A DNA stretch of 27,164 nt from Pseudomonadota bacterium (lineage in GTDB: Bacteria > Bdellovibrionota_C > UBA2361 > OMII01), in NCBI GenBank assembly GCA_027486155.1, contig JAIXPR010000364.1:1-27164 (forward strand). Reading direction: 5' to 3'. The translations under genes and the position numbers were made by a program. The notes under the pieces were generated by a model that was not told the origin of the DNA, did no database searches, and saw only the letters and a program-made list of their open reading frames with translations. Shown piece by piece: positions 1 through 8,772 of this stretch (within the stretch, counting starts at the first letter, position 1; each line of letters opens with the position of its first letter).

Positions 1-2694
1 CACGATTCGGAAAGGGGCAGCTACCACCTCTCTCATCAAAGACCCGGCAGGCCTGGCTATACTTCGAACCATATCTTCAGTGCTCATTGTAAGAGAGGTT
101 ATGTACTGGTTTCCAGTAAGCTTTAACGTGCCTGTGTACCCCCTCTTAGCCATCCACTTCGAAACCTCTCGCGCATGCCGGAGCAGTCCATCCGAGTGGG
201 CAAAATTTGAGCAATTATTAATCCGCATCTCTACATCGCCCGCGGAACATTGCGGCGCGAGATCGACGAACTGATCCCAATAAGAGACGAAAAACATTTC
301 CTCTCCAGGCGAACCATGTGTGACCGTTTCAATAACGAGGTCCGGATCGCAATATCTCAGACCTTCCAGGCCGATCGGAAAATAATCAGCCGCAACGATG
401 AATTCTTTCCCGATAGGTTTGGTCTTTCTCGCCTCTTTAAGCCGCGTTTTACAAACAGATTTGGTTACCCCTTCCTGCCCCCAATTATCCTCCCCATACA
501 CACACACAAAGCACTTCCCCTCCCTTCCGCTTCCGCCCCCGGTCACGCACCGACACCCCTGGCACGAGTGCTCTTCGCTGATCGCTTTGCATGGAGCGTC
601 CCTTAGCACTGGATCCTCGACATCGCTATCGCAGCTATGATCCGGTATATCCTTACATAGTACCACGTGGTCGTTATAACCGGGAGTATCAGTTGGCCCC
701 ACGGTTGGCGTTGGAGTCTCCTCTTCAGTGGGAGTCTCCATTGGAGGAGCATCCGTTGGGGGACACCGCGTCGAGTCACACGCGCAAGGGTTGTACTCTG
801 AACACGCTGGATTACACACGTTCATGCCCTTGCACCCACCACCACCCCCACCACACTCAGAGCGGCTTGCACAATCGCTATCATTACAGTCCACAGCCCC
901 ATCGCAGTCCTCATCGATACCGCTGCTACACGCCTCGGCGATTATCTCGCACGAAGTTGTCTCAGCGTTAAACCGAGACCCGCACGGACACATACCCGTG
1001 CACGCAGGATCGTCGGGGTTATAATTCCAACACTCAGGTCTACACGGATCCGTGCACCTCTCGGTACAGACAGGAGTATTCGTACATGCGTTATCGTCAC
1101 AGTCGATTAATCCATCACCATTATCGTCGACCTTGTTTGTGCAGTCCTCAGGGGTGGCCGGTGTTGGGGTCGCTCGCGCTCCATCAACGACAAAATCGTG
1201 ACGAAGTACCGATCCATCGATCACTGGCTCATCCCCACCGGTCGCAAAGGAGAGATCTCGTTGTTCAAGGACATGAAGCACCCCGCTGTTATCAACCACC
1301 TCAAGCTTAAGAGAGAGCTTATAGGAGGTGTTCGGCGAAAGCGTTGGCGCGTACACATCCGAAACCTGTTCGGCGAAGTGCGCCTCAACGAGTCCCTCTT
1401 CTGTCACCCGCACCCGTGTAGGAGCGCCCCATCGGTCGGCAAGAACCGAGCCATCAGCGGCGTATTCGGTAAGGTGGAGTTCCTGCGTCTCTATCGACAC
1501 GATGTGTACGACACCTCCCACCACCTCAGACCGTACCTTGATACCAAACACAGGATCCCTTGAACCAAGGGTTCCACCTTCTACATTCTCCTCGGTGACG
1601 AGGGTGTAGTCAGGGGTTGGGGTCGCCGTTGGTGTTTCGGTCTCAGTTGGGGTCGCGCTCGGTGTCGGGGTAGCGGTCGCGGTATGCGTCGGGGTCCTCG
1701 TTGGCGTGAAGGTAAAGGTCGCTGTTGGTTGCGGCGTTGGTGTCGCGGTTGGGGTTACCGTTCGTGTTGGGGTTACGGTCGGTCGAGGAGTTCGCGTGGC
1801 CGTCGGGGTCACCGATGGGGTCGCGGTTGCCGTTGGGGTTTGCGTCGGTTTCGGAGTTTGCGTTGGCTTCGGCGTTCTAGTCGGGGTCGGGGTTGGCTTG
1901 AGGACCTTAACCGCTCCGAGCATCACAAGCGCTCGGGAGCCCGGAGCCTTCGTCTGAGTCTCTATCATCGCCGTATTTTTTTGCTCCCGAATCTCAACAT
2001 ACGCTTTCGCAGGGCTCCTCTGGAGACGAACCAGGAAAACTGAATCTCCCTCAATCGTAGCGCTAAACGGCGGAAGAGGAATGGATCTCCGACACAAGGT
2101 CGCGACCTTCGCTCCCGTTGCGGCGGCGGGGAACCTACACTGCGGGGATAATGACACAGAGAGGGGCTCGCCAAAGGTATTCGTCTTCGCGCGCATGCCA
2201 GTAACGATCGATGGAACCGATAGAGGAATCAGAACTGTACCGCTATCTATCAGGTAGAGCTTCGAACCCGGCTGCTCAAGGGTCGCTGTCCACGTCGGAA
2301 CGGAGAGCTCCCCAATTCTTCCAGCACTCAACTTCGCAACCTCTGCGAGAAATCCCCGCCACGCCCAAACCTGCTTCACCGGCTGCGCCTGGCACGTTTG
2401 AACGATACCTTGGGTTCGTGAGAGGGTCGCGACGTGACACAGGTTATCGATCGTCGTGTAGAGCGTCGCCGCACGAGTGGCGTAGCTCTCTCCTTGCTCC
2501 ATCAGAATATCAACCTCGTACGTGTTCGCGGAATTGTAACCAGGAACCGCGTCAGCGAGCGGAATCCGCAAGGTGTCTCCCGGAAACTCAATGACACGCT
2601 CAGATGCGCCGGGCGCTGGGGTCTCGGCCACCGCACAGAACGGCAGCGCCGAAACCAACCCAACTATGAATGAAGATACTACACTCTTTACCAT
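1..2694 (-). CDS. Large secreted Thr/Pro-linker, Cys/Asp-rich protein, >=898 aa, 3' end outside window (not in supplied ORF track)
   Basis: Manual translation: ATG at 2694 after GGAGGGGCTAGG, upstream in-frame TAA at 2746-2748, no stop down to base 1. N-terminus [25 protein letters not shown] is signal-peptide-like. About 95-aa (TP)n linker at ~1610-1895. Cys/Asp motifs [22 protein letters not shown] and [22 protein letters not shown] resemble the PF11617-type putative metal-binding motif. Confidence 0.9.
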   Translation of the reverse strand, partial: MVKSVVSSFIVGLVSALPFCAVAETPAPGASERVIEFPGDTLRIPLADAVPGYNSANTYEVDILMEQGESYATRAATLYTTIDNLCHVATLSRTQGIVQTCQAQPVKQVWAWRGFLAEVAKLSAGRIGELSVPTWTATLEQPGSKLYLIDSGTVLIPLSVPSIVTGMRAKTNTFGEPLSVSLSPQCRFPAAATGAKVATLCRRSIPLPPFSATIEGDSVFLVRLQRSPAKAYVEIREQKNTAMIETQTKAPGSRALVMLGAVKVLKPTPTPTRTPKPTQTPKPTQTPTATATPSVTPTATRTPRPTVTPTRTVTPTATPTPQPTATFTFTPTRTPTHTATATPTPSATPTETETPTATPTPDYTLVTEENVEGGTLGSRDPVFGIKVRSEVVGGVVHIVSIETQELHLTEYAADGSVLADRWGAPTRVRVTEEGLVEAHFAEQVSDVYAPTLSPNTSYKLSLKLEVVDNSGVLHVLEQRDLSFATGGDEPVIDGSVLRHDFVVDGARATPTPATPEDCTNKVDDNGDGLIDCDDNACTNTPVCTERCTDPCRPECWNYNPDDPACTGMCPCGSRFNAETTSCEIIAEACSSGIDEDCDGAVDCNDSDCASRSECGGGGGGCKGMNVCNPACSEYNPCACDSTRCPPTDAPPMETPTEEETPTPTVGPTDTPGYNDHVVLCKDIPDHSCDSDVEDPVLRDAPCKAISEEHSCQGCRCVTGGGSGREGKCFVCVYGEDNWGQEGVTKSVCKTRLKEARKTKPIGKEFIVAADYFPIGLEGLRYCDPDLVIETVTHGSPGEEMFFVSYWDQFVDLAPQCSAGDVEMRINNCSNFAHSDGLLRHAREVSKWMAKRGYTGTLKLTGNQYITSLTMSTEDMVRSIARPAGSLMREVVAAPFRIV

Positions 2695-2850
2695 CCTAGC
2701 CCCTCCGGTCCCTTCAATCCAAAGGTGGAGGTCGGCGTCTCGCGATTAAACCTAAAGGGCTAAGGGGGGGCGAGAGTCCGACAAACCGGGTCAACGCTCA
2801 GTAAGAACTGGTATTTTCTCCCCCGCCTCGCGACCGAAAAAGTAACCCCG

Positions 2851-2895
2851 TACCATTCCCCGTCTTACCATTCCCCGTCTTACCATTCCCCGTCT
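2851..2895. repeat. Perfect 15-bp tandem repeat x3 (TACCATTCCCCGTCT)
   Basis: Identical copies at 2851-2865, 2866-2880 and 2881-2895 with no spacers, in the intergenic region upstream of the large CDS. Confidence 0.97.
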
Positions 2896-3327
2896 CTTGC
2901 TACCCGAATCTCAAGATGCGGATGCGGCCCCGTCGCACCCAAAGGGGACAATACAATCAATTAGTTCCTGAGCTGTATCGGCAAGCTAGGTAAACCAGCA
3001 CTGATTAAGCGGGAAGTGAAGTTCACCGAGCATATCTACAACGAGGCGATCGAGAACGTACCCCGCCGCCACACGGTCTTTAGAGACAAAAGTACCCCCC
3101 CCTACAGAGACAAAAAGCTTCGGGCTTGCGTTGCGTAGCACACTGACTTCGGTAAGCTGTTATGGACCTATGGATGGCGATAAGAGCACAGATGGTGCAC
3201 CATTCTGAGAACTAGCAGGGCATAGAAGCGCTACGTTCGCCTCCAGTGGTCTCCATAGAGGAAAAGATATAGCTAGCGAAACGCCTGGTTTCGTTAGCGG
3301 AAAAGAATAAGTGTAGGGGAGCAAACG

Positions 3328-3774
3328 ATGAACGAGCAAAGGAATAGTAAAGCATCTGTTAGTTCAGATACGCATGACCGTGGTAGATCGCCTGAAGCAG
3401 GAAATGCCGAATTTTTAGAGGCCAGCTTCGGATCGGAGCTGAGACCTTCTTTGAGTGAGCATTCTACCCATACTCCTCTCACTCTTCTGCTCGAAGCGAT
3501 CGAATTCTCCCAATATCATCCCGCCTCACACCAGGACGGCACGCACCGGGTGTTCGTGATGGCGCGTGCGTCTGAACGGGAGGGGTATTTCGACGCCCTT
3601 GTGAGTATCACGCCCCACAACCCCGATGCCGCGCCGCCAAAGGGGGTGACGCTCTCGGCGATACCGCGAGCCGGCGCGCCCCTCGGCTCGTTTGTTGAGG
3701 CCAAAACCAACAGTAGCGGCCAGGCTTGGCTGCGCGACCTGCCCTTCGGCGACTACAGCCTCGGGGCGCGGTGA
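3328..3774 (+). CDS. Hypothetical protein, 148 aa; C-terminus resembles a prealbumin-like/carboxypeptidase-regulatory beta-sandwich
   Basis: ATG preceded by GGGGAG. C-terminal TNSSGQAWLRDLPFGDYSL fits the T(D/N)xxGxxxxxxLPxGxY pattern of such domains. Confidence 0.65.
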   Translation: MNEQRNSKASVSSDTHDRGRSPEAGNAEFLEASFGSELRPSLSEHSTHTPLTLLLEAIEFSQYHPASHQDGTHRVFVMARASEREGYFDALVSITPHNPDAAPPKGVTLSAIPRAGAPLGSFVEAKTNSSGQAWLRDLPFGDYSLGAR

Positions 3775-3814
3775 AGGTGATGCCGTTCCGGAGGCTTGAG
3801 TAACGAGCCCCTCC

Positions 3815-3835
3815 AGGGAAGCGAGGCAAAACCTA
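3815..3835 (+). repeat. Dispersed motif AGGGAAGCGAGGCAAAAC(CTA), copy 1
   Basis: 18-bp exact match to 8658-8675. 3817-3835 is a 19-bp match to the reverse complement of 10142-10160. Confidence 0.85.
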
Positions 3836-4151
3836 CCCGTAGCGAGAAAGTGGAGGTTGGGTTGATATTCGGTTTTCAGTGCGGGAAAAAATCGGAAGTG
3901 TATCCACTGAAGGATAGGACGATCGACCGCTTTTTTGTAAGCAGCTGAAATCTGGTGTCTGTTCGGTGATGGTTGAGTCGATACGGCTCAGATTATGGTC
4001 GAAATGCGTTTTTAGTGGCCCCACGCTATGTTTTCTAGAGTTGAAGCAGAGTGTGCAAAGGGGAGCTAAGTCGCGAAAAGTAGCATTTCGCATACACTCC
4101 ACCTGCTCCGTCACAGAGGAATCGGATCTTAAAAGTCATCAGGCGCCGGCT

Positions 4152-4757
4152 CTAAGGAGTCGTAGGAGGGTAGTTCATCGATAGCCTAAAGATGTTATTT
4201 GATCTGAATGGGAGGGGCGCTTCGAGCAGCGCGCTCGCTTTGAGAGAGTTCATACCCGAAACAAACCACGGAGATGCTAGGAAGTAACGACGTGACGCCC
4301 ACACAGGGGGGCTTATTCCCAGCTCTTCGCACAACGAGCGAACCACCGAGGAGATGAGTGCTACAATTCGCTCGTCTGATGGTGCTGGTGGCGGGAGTAG
4401 GACGAGCCGAGCGTCCGCGGTCCGCCGGAACTCATCGACAAAATCAAAGAGATGGTCCTTCCACGAATCGAATCCATCGCGCTCTATCTTGTACGCGATC
4501 GCGACGGTGGAGTATTCGGAGAATAGCTCTTGGCCGATCAACAGGACCTCTACGTCACGCTCGAAAACCGCCGCGAGCTTCTCAACGGACCCCACGGTTA
4601 CGTTGCCTGCGGCAGGATCCGCAAGCCCCCGAATAGCGGACCGTGAGAGCGCTGCACGATTTTCATGCCCAAACGTAAACGAAATAAAGAGCCTAAACCG
4701 CGACCGCAATGCCCGGCGCACGGTGCCTGAGGGGGTGTGCTTTAGGGTCGTCAACAT
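4152..4757 (-). CDS. XRE-like HTH remnant fused to a conserved WKxHLxDFVDEF...PWFVSG..SLKASAL.E.P..F..NNIF domain (possibly degraded)
   Basis: LSRSAIRGLADPAAGNVTVGSVEKLAAVF resembles HTH helices 3-5. The C-terminal domain matches, from memory, a small-protein family often found beside DUF6036 nucleotidyltransferases. The true start is uncertain. Confidence 0.55.
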   Translation of the reverse strand: MLTTLKHTPSGTVRRALRSRFRLFISFTFGHENRAALSRSAIRGLADPAAGNVTVGSVEKLAAVFERDVEVLLIGQELFSEYSTVAIAYKIERDGFDSWKDHLFDFVDEFRRTADARLVLLPPPAPSDERIVALISSVVRSLCEELGISPPVWASRRYFLASPWFVSGMNSLKASALLEAPLPFRSNNIFRLSMNYPPTTP

Positions 4758-5232
4758 TACAGCCGCGTCATCGACGGCTGGAAAGGGCTCCGGTACGGTT
4801 AACGAACCCGATTAGGAAAGATCCTCATGAGATGCGGTCGCAGCCGATTGACTATCGACTACTATCTCTCGCAACACCTCGGGGATCACGGCGCGAGCGA
4901 AAAGCGCGCTGCTCCATCCTAGCAACTCCTTGCTCCCCGAATCGTGCGTAAACTGCCACATCGGGTGTGATGGTGTCACACAGAGATACCGAAGGGAAGC
5001 TCGCGGAGAGGTGGTGTCTGAAATTATACGGAGCGGTCTTAGGTAGGGGTAAGAAGGATCTCAAAGCTATGTTGCGAACTCGGCGTGAACGCCCGCTCCT
5101 GCCGCACGCCACACGTGACAGGGAAAAGTCACCGAAAAAATCACCGAACAACATCACAACACGGGGACTAGCGAGTATAACCTTTGAGAGAGACTCCACT
5201 ACCGGATGGTCTCATCTCAGGAGGTTCACGCC

Positions 5233-6240
5233 ATGTCCGCACGGGTTTCCGCATCACCAAAAACCGCTTCTCGCGACCAAACGCAAGAGTCGTCGCACGG
5301 CTCGCTAGCTGCGCCTGGAACATCACCCGCTTTGATTCGAAAGCAGCTCGCGGAAGCGAGTCTTGTCAAAATCCATACACTCCAGCCTGGAGAGACGATA
5401 TGGAGTATCGCGCAGAAGGCGGGGCTCGATTACAAAGCGATACTGAACCTCAATCGGCTCGACGAAAAAAGCGCATGCACCCTGCAAGACGGCGCAAAGA
5501 TCAAGATTCCAGCTACCTCGGCATCCCGCTCTCACGCATCACCCGCTCTGGACGCCCGCACCCATGAAGTACAACCGGGAGAAACGATCTATGGGATCGC
5601 GAAAGCGCACGGGGTACCGTACATGCGTCTCTTGGAAATCAACGGTTTGACCGAGGAAACCGCCCGCAGGGTCCGGGACGGGACGAAGCTCAAGATTGGA
5701 TCCGGTGCCGATACGGCTTCGACGCCCGACACTGATTGTGACTTTGACGTTACCGACATGACCCGCGATCAGCTAGGCCGAAGGTCAAAGGAAGGCGCGA
5801 GACTAGTATCCCTCGACTTTAACGACGCCAAAAGTTCACAAGCTAAAGGGATAGAGGTCGTAATCCCTGACAATGCGACGAACGAGGAGAGGAGAGCGGC
5901 GGAGGCCTACGTCAAAGGGGTACAAGCCTTCTTTAGAAGTCACGGGGTTGAGCGTGCCATCCGTGGTGTACACACTCGCTCTGAAATTGGTCGAGGGGTA
6001 CCCGGAATAATTCATACCGAGCCATTCTTTCTGAAGGACAAGGCAGCTCTTCGGGCGATTCAAGCCGACCCCGCCGGCTACGTGAAGGTCCTGGCCGAAA
6101 CCCTTGGAACGATCGAGGGGGTCACATTTATGCCTCCGCACAAAATCAACGATCCTGGAGCAAGGCAGGGATCTCTGAATGAGCGAGACTTCGCCAAGAC
6201 AGTACTCATACCCCTCCTCAGAAAGAGAGCGCTCGCCTAA
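5233..6240 (+). CDS. 2x LysM protein with putative circularly permuted N-acetylmuramoyl-L-alanine amidase (Amidase_3-like) domain
   Basis: RBS CAGGAGG before ATG 5233. LysM1 HTLQPGETIWSIAQKAG..ILNLN and LysM2 HEVQPGETIYGIAKAHG..LLEING. Amidase-like motifs VTDMTR, LVSLDFN, GIEV, RGV and HTEPFF, followed by PPHKINDPGA...NERD at the C-terminus. Confidence 0.85.
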   Translation: MSARVSASPKTASRDQTQESSHGSLAAPGTSPALIRKQLAEASLVKIHTLQPGETIWSIAQKAGLDYKAILNLNRLDEKSACTLQDGAKIKIPATSASRSHASPALDARTHEVQPGETIYGIAKAHGVPYMRLLEINGLTEETARRVRDGTKLKIGSGADTASTPDTDCDFDVTDMTRDQLGRRSKEGARLVSLDFNDAKSSQAKGIEVVIPDNATNEERRAAEAYVKGVQAFFRSHGVERAIRGVHTRSEIGRGVPGIIHTEPFFLKDKAALRAIQADPAGYVKVLAETLGTIEGVTFMPPHKINDPGARQGSLNERDFAKTVLIPLLRKRALA

Positions 6241-6777
6241 ATTACTCGGGGCGCTGGCGGATTATCGCCGAGGCGCAGCTGATAGAGGTGACGTTGCCCC
6301 GCTGTTGGCATTTGCTAGAGGATGGAATGTAGGCACACGAGCCGTGATGCCATAGCGCTGAGTCAAAAGACGTGGCCGGTCTCGTGACGAGCTGGGTATG
6401 CGCAACATTACCACATTGAATCGCGATGCATCGTGCGGACCGGAACGACGGTCGCGATTCCGGCCCGTCGGGATCCACCTTCGCTTTGCTTCGGCGAGAA
6501 AAAGGAATCTACTTGTGTCGAAGATACACGAGCCCCATCAAGCTTACAGCCCAGTTTTTTGACAAAGCAATATACTCACAAGCTCCACCAGTATAACCAA
6601 TACATCCGACTAAAGAAAATAGCGTTAATTGCTGTGTTACGATCCGCTCTGAGGACCGTGAAATAATAGCGTCGAGTACTCGCTCGAACGAGAGACGACA
6701 AGCTCCGGGGCCATCGGTACATTTCAGGGACGAGACGTATACTAACGGAGACTTGAGAAACGAAAGCCAGAAGACCT

Positions 6778-6848
6778 CCACCTACGCTCTCACGAGCTAC
6801 GGTGGACAGGCAAGCGGCTTGCCAGCCGGAGCCTCGTGCGAAGGCTGG
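6778..6848. repeat. Inverted doublet of short palindromic units around a GGCAAG-CGG-CTTGCC hairpin (REP-like)
   Basis: Unit A CCACCTACGCTCTCACGAGCTACGGTGG (6778-6805). Unit B CCAGCCGGAGCCTCGTGCGAAGGCTGG (6822-6848), whose reverse complement parallels unit A. Confidence 0.6.
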
Positions 6849-6958
6849 AACGCCTCAAACCTCAGACTGAGAACTGAAATCATAAGCCTCGTATAAAAGT
6901 GATAAGTCGCTACATGCGCAGAAGTAGTAGGAGGCTCTGAATATGGGTAACGCTTTAC

Positions 6959-7978
6959 TCACAAGTAAGTGTTCCTTTTCATGTCGACGATGCCCAGGAA
7001 ATGCGTGGGGTCGATATTTCCACCACATACGAGCAACGCGCAGTTGTACTCACGCAGCCGCTCCCGCTCCCTCACATACGCGGCGACAGCAAGGGCCCCC
7101 GCGCCCTCTACTACCAATCTGTGCTCATAAAATAGATAGCGCATCGCGGCCGCGATATCGGATTCCTCCACGAGTACCCACTGATCGATCAGCGCCTTGC
7201 ACATGTCGATCGTAATCGCCCCCTGTTCAACCGATCCAGCCGCGCTATCCGCGAGGGTTTCAAGGTGCGCCGTAAAATCTGAGCCGATCCCGGTTACCGC
7301 ATCGTACATCCCCGCGGAGTTGGCGGGAGACACACCAACAACCCGGAGCGACGGCTTTACGGTCTTTAGATACGCCGCGACTCCAGCGGCGAGCCCGCCA
7401 CCTCCAACGGCGACGAGAACGACATCAATGTGAGGTATCTGCTCCATGAGCTCTATGCCGATCGTTCCCTGACCAGCGATTACTAACGGATCGTTGTACG
7501 GTGAGATAAAGGTCTTGCCTTCCTCGTGAGCGAGCTGACGAGCTTTTGTCTCGCACTCATCGTAATCTTCCCCTATCAGATGAAGCGAGCATGCATACTC
7601 CTCCAGCGATCTCTTCCGAGCCGGGTCTACGGTTCTGGGTACGAAGATGGTCGCGGGCACTCCATACACCTCTGAAGCCAACGCCACTCCTAGACCATGA
7701 TTTCCCGCTGAACACGCTATGATCCCCTCGGAGCGGTCTCTGTCGGTGAGAGCGCTCATACGATACAACGCGCCCCGCGCTTTAAAAGAACCGGTGATTT
7801 GATGACATTCGAGTTTGAGCCACACCTCACCGCTCCCATCTTCGAGGTGACGTGCACGCTCAACACCGGTGTAGCGTATGTGCGGTTTGATAACGCCGTG
7901 CGCCTGCCGAACGCTATCGTGGCCAGTGAAGATGGTCGTTGAAGGCCTCTTAGTCATGCGACTGATCGTACCCCACAT
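6959..7978 (-). CDS. PLP-dependent threonine/serine dehydratase (IlvA/TdcB catalytic domain, no ACT regulatory domain)
   Basis: KLECHQITGSFKARGA (PLP lysine), SAGNHGLG, VGGGGLAAG, EGAGALAVAA, CGGN. The start may be ATG 7957. Confidence 0.95.
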   Translation of the reverse strand: MWGTISRMTKRPSTTIFTGHDSVRQAHGVIKPHIRYTGVERARHLEDGSGEVWLKLECHQITGSFKARGALYRMSALTDRDRSEGIIACSAGNHGLGVALASEVYGVPATIFVPRTVDPARKRSLEEYACSLHLIGEDYDECETKARQLAHEEGKTFISPYNDPLVIAGQGTIGIELMEQIPHIDVVLVAVGGGGLAAGVAAYLKTVKPSLRVVGVSPANSAGMYDAVTGIGSDFTAHLETLADSAAGSVEQGAITIDMCKALIDQWVLVEESDIAAAMRYLFYEHRLVVEGAGALAVAAYVRERERLREYNCALLVCGGNIDPTHFLGIVDMKRNTYL

Positions 7979-8010
7979 CCGTGCTCAGCGCTGAGGTTTT
8001 GTGAAGAGCA

Positions 8011-8406
8011 CTATCCACTCGTTTCGGACGAAGCTCCGTGTTGCGCGAGGCGATGAGGTCCTTCAATTGGCTCAAGGACATGTTCCACGGTAACGATCGA
8101 ATGACCTACATCATTCGTGACAAACTTCAATCGAGGGTCCCCGTGTGTCTTAGCGTGCAACACATGCGCGGCCATCACAAACCCTATCAGGCTCGCGTAT
8201 ATCGCCGCGCCCGAACTTAAGAGGACCGTTCTCATTTTAGGGGAGAACTCTAACCCCTCAATCGGGGTATCAGGTGGGAGGTCGACGATATCTCGCCCCC
8301 GATGGAACTTCATGCGAAAGCAGCTCTCGCACAACCTATCCGCGCTCCCTTCAGCCAGCCCACAACGATAACATCCGCCGCTCATACCAGTGCCTCTAGG
8401 AGACAT
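8011..8406 (-). CDS. Hypothetical membrane protein with N-terminal CxxC...CxxC zinc ribbon
   Basis: CYRCG...LCESC followed by one hydrophobic segment (VLLSSGAAIYASLIGFVMAAHVL). Confidence 0.7.
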   Translation of the reverse strand: MSPRGTGMSGGCYRCGLAEGSADRLCESCFRMKFHRGRDIVDLPPDTPIEGLEFSPKMRTVLLSSGAAIYASLIGFVMAAHVLHAKTHGDPRLKFVTNDVGHSIVTVEHVLEPIEGPHRLAQHGASSETSG

Positions 8407-8494
8407 ACGGCGTACCTGCGGAAAAACTAAAGATTAGGGGGCTACATGAGCAAAAAGAGGGGCACGTCCCGAAAATCGGGACTTTGGAGGGACC

Positions 8495-8659
8495 ATGAGA
8501 CTGAACGAGATGCGGGCATCTCGTAGCGAGAGCTTCCGGATGTACAACGTGCGGAACGCTCAGAGCGCGAACACCGTACACTATCCTCATACTTCAAAGG
8601 GTAACAAAATCCCTCTGAGCGACCTAGAAAAATCTTACGCGTTATTCGTAGGCTCCTAG
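8495..8659 (+). CDS. Small hypothetical protein, 54 aa (below ORF-track cutoff)
   Basis: GGAGGGACC-ATG at 8495; MRLNEMRASRSESFRMYNVRNAQSANTVHYPHTSKGNKIPLSDLEKSYALFVGS; TAG at 8657-8659. Confidence 0.45.
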   Translation: MRLNEMRASRSESFRMYNVRNAQSANTVHYPHTSKGNKIPLSDLEKSYALFVGS

Positions 8660-8772
8660 GGAAGCGAGGCAAAACTGAACGTGAACGTGAACGTGAACGT
8701 GCTCGTAAACGTGAACGTGAACGTACCCGGAATAAAAAATCAATGTTTTCGGGTACGTTTACGAGCACGAGC

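Noticed and set aside
1684-2043. Plus-strand ORFs with VGVGV or RRGR repeats (1706-1957, 1684-2043)
   Set aside because: They are antisense shadows of the Thr-Pro linker of the minus-strand CDS 1-2694.
2851-2895. CRISPR array
   Set aside because: The repeats are 15 bp, contiguous and spacer-free, and there are no cas genes.
2965-3210. Stop-free plus-strand stretch (GKPALIKREVKFTEHIYNEAIE...) and AGAGACAAAA direct repeats as an IS remnant
   Set aside because: No good start codon, no recognisable transposase motif and no paired IR.
6242-6777. Short ORFs (6242-6478, 6433-6666, 6509-6781), including a possible GIY-YIG remnant near the repeat
   Set aside because: The listed ORFs and the further minus-strand frames I translated showed no motif or convincing RBS.
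8442-8768. 108-aa ORF with RSRSRS repeats
   Set aside because: It is a translation of the non-coding hexamer repeat array.
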